Positions 46,498 through 57,249 of a stretch of DNA of 64,000 nucleotides are shown here, one piece after another. The position numbers and the translations under genes were made by a program. Within the stretch, counting starts at the first letter, position 1. Each line of letters starts with the position of its first letter. The DNA comes from Candidatus Saccharimonadales bacterium (lineage in GTDB: Bacteria; Patescibacteriota; Saccharimonadia; Saccharimonadales; DATKHC01): contig DATKHC010000001.1 in assembly GCA_035510465.1 (NCBI GenBank), positions 6,799 through 70,798 on the forward strand. The letters run 5' to 3'. The notes below the pieces were generated by a model. That model was not told the origin of the DNA. It saw nothing but the letters and a program-made list of their open reading frames with translations, and ran no database searches.

Positions 46498-47919
46498 TTA
46501 TTCCGTCCTTAATACTTCTGCTGGCCTAATTTTTGAGATAAAGAATGCCACAAACACACTACCAACAATAGCTATAACAATGGCCCCAACAATACCGTAG
46601 ATAATTATGTCCCAACCAACTGCAGCATGAATGTTAGACAGGTTATTTTTCAAGAATCCACCAACGCCTCGACCACCACTCACGAACCTCGCCGCGCCAC
46701 CGCCGCCGCCAAAGCCACCAGCCCCACGCGTCAACCCACCTGCAGTAGGTGATGGGCTACTTGAACTGTTATTAACAAGTAGTTTCGTAATAGGATTCCC
46801 AGCAACTACCCCAAGTACGATACCTACAACTGCTCCCATAAGTGTCAATGTTACAGCCTCTGTCGCAAATTGGGTAATGACCTTTAAATCAGAAGCACCA
46901 ATAGCTTTTACGACTCCAATTTCCCGACGTCTTTCTCTTACAATCATAACCATAGTTAGCAGTATTATTACTCCGCCTGCGATAACTGCTCCGATTACAG
47001 AATAGAGTGAAACCGTTTTTACACTATTTAGGGGAGCAACTGTATTATTCGCCTCAGTTTGGGCACTTGTAACGTCGGCTGAAGAACCAAGTATATTCTT
47101 TATAGACGTTGTGGCTGAGTTTAAGTTATCTAGTGAATCAACAGTTGCAACGGCACTAGTAACGTCACCGGCTTGGTTGCTGAGTCTCTGCTCAGTTGGC
47201 AGCGACACCAAGACAGTATTAGCACTGGCCTGATCACTGCTAACCGTAAAAACTCCTGTTACGGTCATAGTTGTAGAGTAGGCAGTGAATGTAGAACCAA
47301 CTTTCAGGCTATTTTTGCTAGCCATGCTTTGACTGATCATTGCATCATTGCTATCGCTGGCACCATTTATGGCTGTGCCGCTAGTTATAGTTAGATACGT
47401 ACCATTTATGCTAGATGTATCATTAGTGCCAGTAATTGTTATAGGAGGAGTAAAGTTTGCTGGCAAACCTCCACCACCTGATATAAAGGTACGACCACCA
47501 CCTGAGCCACCACCAGTATTTATAGTTACAGGTGAGGTTAGACTTGTCTGATTAGTAGTGCTAGAAGTTGACGAGCTACCTCCGAATCCTCCAAAGGATG
47601 GTGCGGTCGAACCGATGGTTGTTAACCTATCTGTCAACGATTCTTGAACACTAACAACATGTGGCAACGACGTAACTTTAGATAGTTCAGCAGTCGTAAG
47701 TGAATTATTAACTTGGCTAAACCCGCTAAAACCAGCTGGAGCAATTGATATGGTGTTCCCGATCGAACCCTTTACAGAAGCTATTTTAGTACTAACCGCC
47801 TGATGAGCGACCAACATAGCTAGCGCTAGCCCTGTACTTAGACCAAGGATAACTACAATTGAAATGGTTCTGACACTATTTCTAAATGCGTTTCTAATTC
47901 CGCGCGATACTACATTCAT
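46498..47919 (-). CDS. FtsX/MacB-type ABC permease with Gly/Ser-rich inserts
   Basis: N-terminal TM, large periplasmic domain and a C-terminal FtsX-like TM bundle. Confidence 0.75.
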   Translation of the reverse strand: MNVVSRGIRNAFRNSVRTISIVVILGLSTGLALAMLVAHQAVSTKIASVKGSIGNTISIAPAGFSGFSQVNNSLTTAELSKVTSLPHVVSVQESLTDRLTTIGSTAPSFGGFGGSSSTSSTTNQTSLTSPVTINTGGGSGGGRTFISGGGGLPANFTPPITITGTNDTSSINGTYLTITSGTAINGASDSNDAMISQSMASKNSLKVGSTFTAYSTTMTVTGVFTVSSDQASANTVLVSLPTEQRLSNQAGDVTSAVATVDSLDNLNSATTSIKNILGSSADVTSAQTEANNTVAPLNSVKTVSLYSVIGAVIAGGVIILLTMVMIVRERRREIGVVKAIGASDLKVITQFATEAVTLTLMGAVVGIVLGVVAGNPITKLLVNNSSSSPSPTAGGLTRGAGGFGGGGGAARFVSGGRGVGGFLKNNLSNIHAAVGWDIIIYGIVGAIVIAIVGSVFVAFFISKIRPAEVLRTE

Positions 47920-48017
47920 ATGTTTTCAAATACTTCTTAAACTGTTTGGAAATATATATGCAAATACTTTAGATTATCTGAATTTTTCTATTTATATAAA
48001 ACTACGGAGCCGGGTTA

Positions 48018-49796
48018 TTAACGTTTAAGCATGGCTGTGAATGCGTCGGTTGGAATATCAACTTTGCCAAATCGTTTCATCCTAGCCTTGCCTTTTGCCT
48101 GCTTAGCCCAGAGTTTCTTCTTTCTAGAAACATCTCCTCCGTAAAGATGAGCAGTCACATCTTTTTTCAGTGAACTTATATCTTCACGAGCAATTATTTT
48201 ACTGCCAACAGCTGCTTGAAGACTCACCTTAAATAACTGTTTTGGGATAACTTCTTTTAGTTTATTGACACTGGCCCGCCCGATTGATTCTGCTTCGGAC
48301 GCATGAACAATAGTCGATAGCGCGTCAACCCTATCGCCTGCCACTAAAATATCTAGCTTAACCAAATCTGCTGTGCGGTAGTCGATTAGTTCATAGTTGA
48401 GTGAACCATATCCGCTAGTAACGCTTTTCAATTGATCGTAAAAGTTTGTTAGAAGATTTGCTAGTGGTGCTTCGAAATTAACAACCAGCAATTCGTCATC
48501 AACATAGGACAGGTTTTTTTGCTTACCCCTAGCGCTAACTAATAAGTTAAGTACGCTGCCAAGGTGAGCTTTTTGACAGACTATCTCACCCTTAACCCAG
48601 GACTCTTTTATTTCCTCAATCCGGGAGGCATCCGGGAGATCAGTCGCTGATTTAATATCAACCAGTTTGCCATTTTTCAAAATTACTTGGTAGTTAGTTG
48701 AGGGACTAGTTAGTATCAGCTCGAGGTTGTACTCACGCTCTAGCCGTTCACGAACAATTTCAAGATGAAGAAGTCCTAAAAAACCAAGTCTAAGCCCAAA
48801 ACCCAAAACAGCTGAGTTTTCAGGGGCAAACTCGAGCGCAGAATCACTTAAACTGAGTTTCTCAACTGCCGTTTTTAGTATCTGAAAATCGTCGCTACTA
48901 CTCGGAAAGAAGCCTGCATACACAAAGGGTTTGATTTTAACATATCCCGGCAGAGCCTCAGAAGCTAGTTGGCTCGGCACACCCAAAGTATCACCCACTC
49001 TGGCTTGGTTTGCGCTTTTTAGGTTAGTGACAACGTAGCCAATTTCCCCACTTACTAGTTGAGGAAGTGGATTAGGTTTGGGCGATAGTGAACCGACTTC
49101 AAGCGCAATTCCCTCCGTTTTATTCCCTAAAGTCACGATTGGATCATTTTTTTTGAGCAATCCGTCTACTAACCTAACATATAAGACTACTCCCCTGAAT
49201 TCATCAAAATAACTATCGAATATTAAAGCCCTTGTTGGTGAATCTGACTGTCCACTTGGTGGAGGTACCAAAGCTATAACTTTATCGAGAACTTGTTCGA
49301 TTCCCTCGCCAGTTTTAGCTGAAATTTTTAAAATGTCATCAGCACTACCACCCAATAAATTAATAATCTCTCGTTCGGCCTTAGCTACTTGTGCTGCTGG
49401 CAAGTCAATCTTATTGATGATCGGGATAATTTTTAAGTCTGCCTCGACGGCCAGGTAAACATTGGCCAAGGTTTGGGCCTGAATACCTTGAGTAGCATCT
49501 ACTATTAGCAGCGCGCCCTCACAAGCAGCTAAACTTCTCGATACTTCGTAGCTAAAATCGATATGCCCGGGCGTATCTATTAAATTTAATTCAAGGCCTT
49601 TATAGCTCATTTTTACAGGAGCTAGCTTGATGGTAATCCCTTTTTCGCGCTCCAGATCCATTTGGTCAAGTACTTGAGCCTTCATATGACGTTTATCGAT
49701 GGTCCCCGTGATCTCTAAAATACGGTCGGCTAAAGTGCTTTTCCCGTGATCAATATGAGCAATTATGCAGAAATTACGTATTTTTGATTGGTCCAT
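48018..49796 (-). CDS. lepA: translation elongation factor 4 (LepA)
   Basis: AHIDHGKST G-domain and full-length LepA similarity. Confidence 0.95.
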   Translation of the reverse strand: MDQSKIRNFCIIAHIDHGKSTLADRILEITGTIDKRHMKAQVLDQMDLEREKGITIKLAPVKMSYKGLELNLIDTPGHIDFSYEVSRSLAACEGALLIVDATQGIQAQTLANVYLAVEADLKIIPIINKIDLPAAQVAKAEREIINLLGGSADDILKISAKTGEGIEQVLDKVIALVPPPSGQSDSPTRALIFDSYFDEFRGVVLYVRLVDGLLKKNDPIVTLGNKTEGIALEVGSLSPKPNPLPQLVSGEIGYVVTNLKSANQARVGDTLGVPSQLASEALPGYVKIKPFVYAGFFPSSSDDFQILKTAVEKLSLSDSALEFAPENSAVLGFGLRLGFLGLLHLEIVRERLEREYNLELILTSPSTNYQVILKNGKLVDIKSATDLPDASRIEEIKESWVKGEIVCQKAHLGSVLNLLVSARGKQKNLSYVDDELLVVNFEAPLANLLTNFYDQLKSVTSGYGSLNYELIDYRTADLVKLDILVAGDRVDALSTIVHASEAESIGRASVNKLKEVIPKQLFKVSLQAAVGSKIIAREDISSLKKDVTAHLYGGDVSRKKKLWAKQAKGKARMKRFGKVDIPTDAFTAMLKR

Positions 49797-49812
49797 AGTT
49801 ATTCAGCCTAGA

Positions 49813-51405
49813 TTAGTACTCAATCCTGATTGGCCGAAGAACAATTCTTCTAATTCGGTCAATGACAGGTCTTGCCTCTTCGAGTCCAAAAATAGAGGAA
49901 GTTCCAACATGGACCATAAACGTCACGGCTGTAATTAAACTAAGTTTGGCTCCAAGGGTTACAAAACCTCTGTCGTTAATACCAAGCGGTAAGATTGAAA
50001 TCATAATATATGTGGCCACCACAGAAAAGCCAGTTACAGACATAATTTTCAAAATACCTGCCCAGAAAAAGCGATCAAAGAATTTATGATCCCTAAGCAG
50101 CATAATTATCGTTAGTATCAGAACCTCTACTGCTGCGACCGTCGATTGAGCTAAAGCAAGCCCTGCTACTCCGTAAGCATTCGGTCGTGATAGTTTGTAA
50201 GCTAGAACTATATTTAAGGCAATAACGAATAGTGATATGAAAAGAGGAGTTTTTGTGTCTTTACGAGCATAAAACCAACGAGAGATTATTGTATAAATAA
50301 TACGGAAAAAAATTGCTCCTGAGAGATAACCAAATATTAGAGAAATCTGAGGGGCGTTTCTAGAAAAGATCAACCTAGCTAAATAACCTCTTGTAAAGAA
50401 AGAGATCACTACTACCGGTGCAGCTAACCAAATCATTGCTCTGAGTATTTGTAGGAAATCACGTCTAAACAAGTCAGGCCGATTCTGAGCTAAGCGGTGA
50501 GTTAGCCTTGGAAAGACAGCTGTTGAAATGGCAGAACCAATTAACATAATTGGCACGGTTTGGAGAGCGAAGGCGTTATTGTAATAACTTACATTTCCAA
50601 CTCCTAGCCCGCGAGCAAATCGAGTGTCTGCAATAGCTTCGATTTGGTCTATGCCTTGGTCAATAGAACGAGCCGGTAGGTTTCGGAGAACGGTGTGAAA
50701 GTCACGGCTTCTCCAGAGAATTTTCGGATTCCAACTGAATTTTGTTCCTATTAGTCCAAATAAAATTATTAGAAGTTGCAGTATGGCTCCAGCCAGAGCT
50801 CCAATACCCAATCCAACCAACCCGATATTATTTTTAAACACAAAAATGCTTACAATTATGCAAGCGTTATAGAACATTGGGGCAATAGCATAAAAAAAGA
50901 ACCTACCCATACTTTGCTGCAGAGCGGTCAAAATACCGGATATTGTAAAAAGAAGCGGGTTAAATGCAAGTAGTCGCATGATTGTTACTGAGTTTTTGAG
51001 TTGCTGAGGATCCAATCCTGGCGCGACTACGTTATGAATTAAAGGTTTAGCGAAGAAAAAGATCGCTAGTCCGACTACCGCCATAACAACCGCTAATAGA
51101 TTAAGTAGGCTTACGGATAGTTCAATTGCCTTCTTTTTCTCACCCTTGTTTAACTTATCGACTAGTACTGGTATGAAAGCTACTCCAAGAGCACCCGCAG
51201 CCAAGGTATAAAAGAAAAGGTCTGGGATGTTAAAGGCTGCAAAATAGGAGTCAGTGCTGTTGGGGCCAATAGCAGAAAAGTTGGCGTTTACCAGCTTGGT
51301 TCTCATGAAACCAAGAAGCTGTGCTAAAAAAGTCGAGGATACTAAGAGCAATGCGACATTGCCCAATCCAACTTTCTGATTGGCGCGCTGAACGAGTTTA
51401 TTCAT
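49813..51405 (-). CDS. murJ: lipid II flippase MurJ (MviN)
   Basis: 14-TM MOP-family protein with an MviN-like N-terminus. Confidence 0.85.
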   Translation of the reverse strand: MNKLVQRANQKVGLGNVALLLVSSTFLAQLLGFMRTKLVNANFSAIGPNSTDSYFAAFNIPDLFFYTLAAGALGVAFIPVLVDKLNKGEKKKAIELSVSLLNLLAVVMAVVGLAIFFFAKPLIHNVVAPGLDPQQLKNSVTIMRLLAFNPLLFTISGILTALQQSMGRFFFYAIAPMFYNACIIVSIFVFKNNIGLVGLGIGALAGAILQLLIILFGLIGTKFSWNPKILWRSRDFHTVLRNLPARSIDQGIDQIEAIADTRFARGLGVGNVSYYNNAFALQTVPIMLIGSAISTAVFPRLTHRLAQNRPDLFRRDFLQILRAMIWLAAPVVVISFFTRGYLARLIFSRNAPQISLIFGYLSGAIFFRIIYTIISRWFYARKDTKTPLFISLFVIALNIVLAYKLSRPNAYGVAGLALAQSTVAAVEVLILTIIMLLRDHKFFDRFFWAGILKIMSVTGFSVVATYIMISILPLGINDRGFVTLGAKLSLITAVTFMVHVGTSSIFGLEEARPVIDRIRRIVLRPIRIEY

Positions 51406-51469
51406 TGGCTCTTATTATAGAGTCAAGATTTTGGTTTATCCAAATAAAAGGCGAGTCTTTTTTGAGATG

Positions 51470-53335
51470 CTAATAAAGTGCAGCTTCTTTGGGCATAGTG
51501 GTGCCCTTTAAGATTTCATTTACTTCGTCACCTTCAACCGTTTCTTTCTCAACTAAACGGTCCTTGAGTAGTACAAGTTTATGTTTATTCGCTCTGATGA
51601 CAAAATGGGCGCGTTTTCCAGCTTCAGTAATTAGACTTTCAACTTCGTCATCAATCACTTTGGCTGTTTCGTCTGAATAGTCTCTCTCATGAACTAAGCG
51701 ATCTAACATCATGCCCTCATCAGTATGAAAAACCTGATCACGCAGTATTTTACCCATACCTTGATTGACTATCATGTCCCTAGCTAGCTCTGCTGCTTGT
51801 TGCAAATCATTACCAGCTCCGGTAGTTACGTGATCTCGACCATAAATGACCTCCTCGGCTACTCGGCCACCAAGCATTCTTGCTAGAACATCCTTGTACT
51901 CCACGATTGAGTGATAGCTTTTATCGTCAGGTGGGATAAACCAAGTTACTCCGCCGGTATGGCCACGAGGAATAATCGTAACTTTATGAACCATGTCAGA
52001 ATCTGGCAAAACATGTCCAACAACCGCGTGTCCAGCCTCGTGATAAGCACTTAGTTCTTTTTCTTTATCTGATAATATCTTGCTCTTTCGCTCTGGACCG
52101 ATGGCTACTTTTTCGAAGGCACTAGTCACATCCGCTTGAGTTATTTCGTGATGATTATTTCGGGCTGCCAGAATTGCTGCTTCGTTAGTAATGTTTGCTA
52201 GATCAGCTCCTGATGATCCGGCTGACTTTGCCGCCAGTGCATCAAGATCAACGTTCCTAGCAAGTGGCTTTTTAGCAAAATGGACCTTTAATATCGCTAA
52301 TCTGTCTTTACGGTCAGGTAAATCAATCGTTACCCTGCGGTCAAAACGTCCAGGTCGTAGCAAAGCTGGGTCTAGTACGTCAGATCTGTTAGTAGCCGCT
52401 AAAACTATAACGTTAGTACCTTGCTCGAAGCCATCCATTTCGACCAAGATTTGATTCAGGGTTTGTTCCCTTTCGTCGTGTCCACCACCCATGCCACTAC
52501 CACGCCGTCTACCGACAGCGTCAATCTCGTCTATAAAGATGATGCACGGAGAATTCTTTTTTGCTTTGGCAAATAAATCACGGACCCGGCTTGCTCCAAC
52601 TCCAACAAACATTTCTACGAATTCAGACCCACTTATTGAGAAAAACGGTACGTTTGCTTCACCAGCCACGGCACGGGCAAGTAGTGTTTTACCTGTACCA
52701 GGTGGACCAATTAAAAGTACGCCTTTGGGTATTTTTGCCCCAACTGATTCGAACTTTTTTGGATATCTTAGAAACTCTACAATTTCTTGTAAGTCCTGTT
52801 TGGCCTCGTTTGATCCGGCAACCCCACTAAAGTTAATTCGATCTTTCTCATTGCCATATAACCTTGCCTTGCTCTTACCAAAACTAAGGGCTTGGTTGCC
52901 TTGCCCTTGTGCAGTTCGAAGCATGAAGAACAAAAGCAAACTAATTACCAGTATTGGTAGTATGTCTATGCCTACTGTGGCAATCGTGGAAGCGGTTGAC
53001 GATTGAGGCTTATATTCTAGTTGAACCTTATTGAGATTAAGACCATCGGTCTTGATATCAAGTCCAGTGCCAATATATGACTGTTCAGTGGCCTTGCTGC
53101 CACCTTTTTTAGTTACTTGCAGCTGGTTACCGTTAATGACTATCAAGTGATCCTGGCCAGCATTGGCCTGTTGAATAACTTGGGAGAGTGGAACGGTTTG
53201 AAGATTGCTGGGGTGGTTGTAGGCAGCTAGAACAATTAACGCTAAAAGAACTACCAGAGCAATAAAGCCTATATTCTTAAACCCGCGTTGCTTAGGAGTT
53301 TTCGATTGATTAGATCTAAAAGGATTTTTATCCAT
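51470..53335 (-). CDS. ftsH: ATP-dependent zinc metalloprotease FtsH
   Basis: [14 protein letters not shown] region and HEAGH zinc motif. Confidence 0.95.
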   Translation of the reverse strand: MDKNPFRSNQSKTPKQRGFKNIGFIALVVLLALIVLAAYNHPSNLQTVPLSQVIQQANAGQDHLIVINGNQLQVTKKGGSKATEQSYIGTGLDIKTDGLNLNKVQLEYKPQSSTASTIATVGIDILPILVISLLLFFMLRTAQGQGNQALSFGKSKARLYGNEKDRINFSGVAGSNEAKQDLQEIVEFLRYPKKFESVGAKIPKGVLLIGPPGTGKTLLARAVAGEANVPFFSISGSEFVEMFVGVGASRVRDLFAKAKKNSPCIIFIDEIDAVGRRRGSGMGGGHDEREQTLNQILVEMDGFEQGTNVIVLAATNRSDVLDPALLRPGRFDRRVTIDLPDRKDRLAILKVHFAKKPLARNVDLDALAAKSAGSSGADLANITNEAAILAARNNHHEITQADVTSAFEKVAIGPERKSKILSDKEKELSAYHEAGHAVVGHVLPDSDMVHKVTIIPRGHTGGVTWFIPPDDKSYHSIVEYKDVLARMLGGRVAEEVIYGRDHVTTGAGNDLQQAAELARDMIVNQGMGKILRDQVFHTDEGMMLDRLVHERDYSDETAKVIDDEVESLITEAGKRAHFVIRANKHKLVLLKDRLVEKETVEGDEVNEILKGTTMPKEAALY

Positions 53336-53372
53336 ACTCGAAACAAATTATACGTGTAATTAAGGATTGATG

Positions 53373-54299
53373 CTAGCGCTCTCGCTCATTGAGTGCCAAG
53401 TATTCCTTACCTATCATAATAAAGTACTGTCCATTAACGTCAACTTTTTGACCCGGGCTATAAGTTTTCAGAGCAACTGTTATATCATCTAGTAGTTTTC
53501 GGTCAAAACTTCTTAACTTATTTTGCCTTAACCAATGAATAAGAACTTCAACAGCAACTTTATGTGGTAATAGAATGAATGACTTGCGTATCAAGCCAGC
53601 CTTATCGGAATTTAATCTTAAATATTGATTGAGCTCAATCTCAAGTTGCCGATTAGTTTCAGAGGTTTGATTAATAATATCTATAAACTTGTCCTGGGAT
53701 GGTTTATCTATTTTTGGTAGCAATCGATGCCGAATATAGTTTCTCTTATATTGAACATCCTGATTTGTTGAATCTTCGTTCCAGGCAAGATTATGATCTT
53801 TCGCGTAGTCGATTAGCGTTTGTTTAGGAAAGTTGAGAAAAGGTCTCACCACATACTCACGAGAACGAAGTGAAGACAATCCACGTCTACCAGTACCCCT
53901 AAGTAAATTGAAAATGGCTGTCTCAACTAAGTCATTTTGATGATGAGCAGTGATCACAGCGTTTGCTCCAGAGGCTTTTCTGACGCTATTTAAAAATTGA
54001 TACCTATATTTTCTGGCTTCGGCTTCGCTTGCACCTTCTCCTAAATTAGCCCGGTCGAAAACAAACGGCAGTTTATAACGAGCGGCAGCCTTTTGAACGA
54101 GTTTAAGATCCTGATTAGAGTTGCCACGGATTCCGTGATCAAAATGGGCTACCACTATTTTTAGTCCAGGCTGGCTGGCTAATAGATCGAGCAGGACCAT
54201 CGAATCAACACCACCTGAGACCGCCGCTACGTAGGTACCTTTGCTTAAATTAATCTGTGGGGGGGAATTTTGCATAATCTTTCCTCGTTTTAGTATCAT
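53373..54299 (-). CDS. tilS: tRNA(Ile)-lysidine synthase
   Basis: PP-loop SGGVDS and TilS N-terminal domain. Confidence 0.85.
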   Translation of the reverse strand: MILKRGKIMQNSPPQINLSKGTYVAAVSGGVDSMVLLDLLASQPGLKIVVAHFDHGIRGNSNQDLKLVQKAAARYKLPFVFDRANLGEGASEAEARKYRYQFLNSVRKASGANAVITAHHQNDLVETAIFNLLRGTGRRGLSSLRSREYVVRPFLNFPKQTLIDYAKDHNLAWNEDSTNQDVQYKRNYIRHRLLPKIDKPSQDKFIDIINQTSETNRQLEIELNQYLRLNSDKAGLIRKSFILLPHKVAVEVLIHWLRQNKLRSFDRKLLDDITVALKTYSPGQKVDVNGQYFIMIGKEYLALNERER

Positions 54300-54337
54300 C
54301 CAAGACTGCCAATTAATCCACTTGCTATACTTTTTTT

Positions 54338-54853
54338 ATGAGACATCTTTATTTTATCCGTCACGGTCTGTCTGTTACGAACGAATTGGGTGTATATTCT
54401 GGCCAAACAGAAACACCGCTATCTGAAACCGGACGTGAGCAGTCCAGACAAGCGGGTGAAATACTTAAGAAACTGGGCATTGATACGATTGCTTCATCTC
54501 CACTTAGTCGCGCACTAGAAACAGCAGAGATAATTGCAGACGTGCTTAGTTACCCAAAAGATAAAATTTACGTAAGTAAGCTGCTGACTGAGCGTGAACT
54601 GGGTGTACTTGAGGGCCAGCCCTACGAAGTGGGCCTGGCTGATGATGACAAGATCAAAGGCATAGAGCTTTCAGTAGATTTATTTGCCCGAGCTAAAAAC
54701 GCATTGCAGTGGTTGGACAGTCTAGATGGTGAAACGATTTTAGTTGTCAGCCACGGAGCCGTTGGCCGAGCTATTAGACACAGTATACCGGGAGGCTATA
54801 AGTTTGAGGACCCCAGAAAATTTAAAAACGGCGAAGTGGTGAAGCTGATATAG
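54338..54853 (+). CDS. histidine phosphatase family protein (PGAM-like)
   Basis: RHG motif (YFIRHGLS) and a later SHG. Confidence 0.8.
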   Translation: MRHLYFIRHGLSVTNELGVYSGQTETPLSETGREQSRQAGEILKKLGIDTIASSPLSRALETAEIIADVLSYPKDKIYVSKLLTERELGVLEGQPYEVGLADDDKIKGIELSVDLFARAKNALQWLDSLDGETILVVSHGAVGRAIRHSIPGGYKFEDPRKFKNGEVVKLI

Positions 54854-54917
54854 CTTATTTCGCCCTCAGCAAACTAGTAATAAATACGCTAAGAATGTTA
54901 TAACTTACTAGAGTTGA

Positions 54918-54994
54918 GGCGGCGTAGCTCAGTTGGTTAGAGCGCGGGACTCATAAGCCCGAGGTCATAGGTTCAATTCCTATCGCCGCTACCA
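54918..54994 (+). tRNA. tRNA-Met, elongator type (anticodon CAT)
   Basis: Acceptor GGCGGCG/CGCCGCT, anticodon loop CTCATAA, T-arm ATAGG-TTCAATT-CCTAT, CCA. The body resembles elongator Met, but Met versus Ile2 cannot be proven from sequence alone. Confidence 0.8.
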
Positions 54995-55032
54995 TATTTG
55001 ACTATTAGTAAAGCTTATGCTATACTAATAAC

Positions 55033-55626
55033 ATGTCAGAAAAACCAAAATCAAATCAAAACACCAGCCCAGAGAAAATTGCTGAGTTATTACACGACCC
55101 TGCTTTTAAAACCATGCTTGAGGGTCACACTGGAGAATATATAAGCTCTGGGTTAATGACTTACTACGGTAAAAGCATTAAACACAATAATAAAAGATTT
55201 GAAGATGAGCCTGATTTCTTAAAAGTGTTTCTGGCAAAGCACAATGATGAAGAGCAACTAGACAAGATAAAAGAGTCGCATGATGAACATCACGAAGTGG
55301 CCAGTGAATCACTGCGAGTTGAAGGTCCATTATTAGTAACCAGACATTTTCAAGAGCCCAATGATGCTGGAGTAGCTAAGACTTGGTACGGTCTTGAAAG
55401 ATATAACCCAACTGATGGTAATCCATTACCTTTATCACACTTTTTTGTCTGTGAGGTCGGTGATGACGGAAGCGTTGAATGCGGAATAGACCAGCCAGCT
55501 GATTTTGTTCCAGACGCACAATTACGCGAGTTTGCTGAAATGCTTGATCGACACTTTGATCAACAAGTTCAAGCAGGCTTAGTTATTGATGTTCCTGTGA
55601 AGTTCAGTATTAAAGGTATAGTGTAG
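55033..55626 (+). CDS. hypothetical protein (first cassette after tRNA-Met)
   Basis: 197-aa acidic ORF with TTGACT, 17 nt, TATACT upstream. No family recognised. Confidence 0.45.
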   Translation: MSEKPKSNQNTSPEKIAELLHDPAFKTMLEGHTGEYISSGLMTYYGKSIKHNNKRFEDEPDFLKVFLAKHNDEEQLDKIKESHDEHHEVASESLRVEGPLLVTRHFQEPNDAGVAKTWYGLERYNPTDGNPLPLSHFFVCEVGDDGSVECGIDQPADFVPDAQLREFAEMLDRHFDQQVQAGLVIDVPVKFSIKGIV

Positions 55627-55707
55627 GTCACATCTAGTTATAAGCTGCTCAACAGGTTCAATACCTCGCGATTAGGCTTTCGAACAAGTCTTACTCCTGG
55701 TTTGATT

Positions 55708-55777
55708 CACTATTTCCCACATCGCAATCAATTCAAGTTTGAGTTGGTTCCATTTCGTCCAACTCGTCTCTACCATA
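55708..55777 (+). repeat. 70-bp cassette-boundary direct repeat R1
   Basis: CACTATTTCCCACATCGCAATCA...TTGGTTCCATTTCGTCC...CTCTACCATA aligns with R2 and R3. Confidence 0.65.
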
Positions 55778-55785
55778 AAATCCTC

Positions 55786-55814
55786 TTGACATAAGTGGTC
55801 AGTGTGATTACAAT
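55786..55814 (+). promoter_or_regulatory. promoter of mazEF-like module
   Basis: TTGACA, 17 nt, TACAAT, directly after R1. Confidence 0.6.
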
Positions 55815-55824
55815 AGTAATTACT

Positions 55825-56061
55825 ATGCAGTCAACTATAATTCAAATCGGTAATTCTAAAGGTGTACGTCTACCCAAGGATGTTCTAACCCTAAGTGGTA
55901 TTAAAAAAGACATTGATATAAAGGTCAAACGAGGTGAAATAAAAATAGTCCCTATAAAGGAAAGTAAAAATATTGATGACTTCGCTATTGCTTCTGAGGA
56001 GTCGTTTGCTAAAGACTGGCTACGACCTGAGGAGGAAGAGGCATGGAAAGCTTATCAATAG
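55825..56061 (+). CDS. AbrB/MazE-family antitoxin
   Basis: MQSTIIQIGNSKGVRLPKDVL is a SpoVT/AbrB pattern. The track start 55795 lies inside the promoter, so ATG 55825 is preferred. Confidence 0.75.
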   Translation: MQSTIIQIGNSKGVRLPKDVLTLSGIKKDIDIKVKRGEIKIVPIKESKNIDDFAIASEESFAKDWLRPEEEEAWKAYQ

Positions 56062-56378
56062 GCCAAGTAGTCTTAGCTACCTTCCCTTTTTCAGACTTAA
56101 CGGCAACAAAACTTAGGCCGTGTTTGGTTATTGGCCTAGCTGAGTTTAATGATGTTTTATTGTGCCAAATAACAAGTAAGAACTATGGCAGTAGAAAAGC
56201 AATAATGTTAGCTATGAGCGATTTTGATCAAGGAGAACTCGTACGTGATAGTTTTGTTCGCCCAAACAAAATAGCTACATTAGATAAAAGCAAAATAAAA
56301 CGAACCTTAGGGACAATTAGCAGCAACAAGCTGGATGAGGTTAAAGAAAGGCTGAAAAGTATTCTTGAGATAAGTTAA
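56043..56378 (+). CDS. MazF/PemK-family toxin
   Basis: GQVVLATFPFSDLTATKLRPCLVI pattern. Overlaps the antitoxin gene. Confidence 0.8.
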   Translation: MESLSIGQVVLATFPFSDLTATKLRPCLVIGLAEFNDVLLCQITSKNYGSRKAIMLAMSDFDQGELVRDSFVRPNKIATLDKSKIKRTLGTISSNKLDEVKERLKSILEIS

Positions 56379-56419
56379 AAAGCTTCTGATTTTAAACTTT
56401 GTTCTTCTCTAATTTGTTT

Positions 56420-56489
56420 CACTATCTGCCACATTGCTATCAGTTCTCTCTTTATTTGATTCCAATTCGTTCCTACCACGCCTACCATA
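56420..56489 (+). repeat. 70-bp cassette-boundary direct repeat R2
   Basis: CACTATCTGCCACATTGCTATCAG...TTGATTCCAATTCGTTCCTACCACGCCTACCATA. Confidence 0.65.
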
Positions 56490-56518
56490 TTGACATGTTA
56501 AGTAATGTTTGATACCAT
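56490..56518 (+). promoter_or_regulatory. promoter of HTH-PIN module
   Basis: TTGACA, 17 nt, TACCAT, directly after R2. Confidence 0.55.
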
Positions 56519-56524
56519 ATAGTC

Positions 56525-56791
56525 ATGTCTAATAACATTATTCCTGATAAAGTATATACTCCTGAGCAAGTCGCAACTATGTTGCAGCTCTCTAAAAATA
56601 CTGTCTACGAATTGATCAGCAGAGGTGAACTTGTCGCTAAACGTTTCGGTAGAGTTTATCGAGTGCCTGCTAGCTCACTCAATTTTATCTTTACTGGTCT
56701 AGACGCCGACTTATACAATGCCGAGCAGATTGATTTGGCGTCCATAGATAAAGTTCACAAAGAACTGGCAGCAGTACGTAAAGGTTCGTAA
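56525..56791 (+). CDS. excisionase-family (MerR-like) HTH protein, probable antitoxin
   Basis: YTPEQVATMLQLSKNTVYELISRGEL is an HTH_17-type pattern. The next gene, a PIN toxin, starts 1 nt after the stop. Confidence 0.65.
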   Translation: MSNNIIPDKVYTPEQVATMLQLSKNTVYELISRGELVAKRFGRVYRVPASSLNFIFTGLDADLYNAEQIDLASIDKVHKELAAVRKGS

Positions 56792-56792
56792 T

Positions 56793-57230
56793 ATGACCTT
56801 CATTAGACCAATAAGGGTCTTTGTTGACACAGATGTAATAATATCTTCCCTTATTTCTAAGTCTGGTGCCGCTTTTGCTCTTATATCCCATACAGAGCAG
56901 GTAAAGCTCTATATATCAAACTATTCTGTATTAGAGTTTAATAAAGTTGTTGACAGACTCCACCTTCAACAAGAGGTGTTGCACAATGTCATTAAAAACC
57001 AATTAACCTCTGTTAAGATTGACCAGACATACAAAAAAGTGCAGATACGGTTTGCTGATTACGTTCGAGACCCCGATGATGCCCATGTCGCTGCTGGTGC
57101 CATGGAAGCTAAGGCTTCATTTTTAGTATCATATAATGTTCGGCATTTTAATGCTGAGAAACTAAGACAAGATTTTCAAATTATCCTTTTAACACCTGGT
57201 TTATTTTTGCAATACCTACGTAGTTTATAG
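56793..57230 (+). CDS. PIN-domain toxin
   Basis: VFVDTDVIISSL N-terminus and later DPDDAHV. Confidence 0.75.
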   Translation: MTFIRPIRVFVDTDVIISSLISKSGAAFALISHTEQVKLYISNYSVLEFNKVVDRLHLQQEVLHNVIKNQLTSVKIDQTYKKVQIRFADYVRDPDDAHVAAGAMEAKASFLVSYNVRHFNAEKLRQDFQIILLTPGLFLQYLRSL

Positions 57231-57249
57231 CCTCTCCCCTAACAGTCTT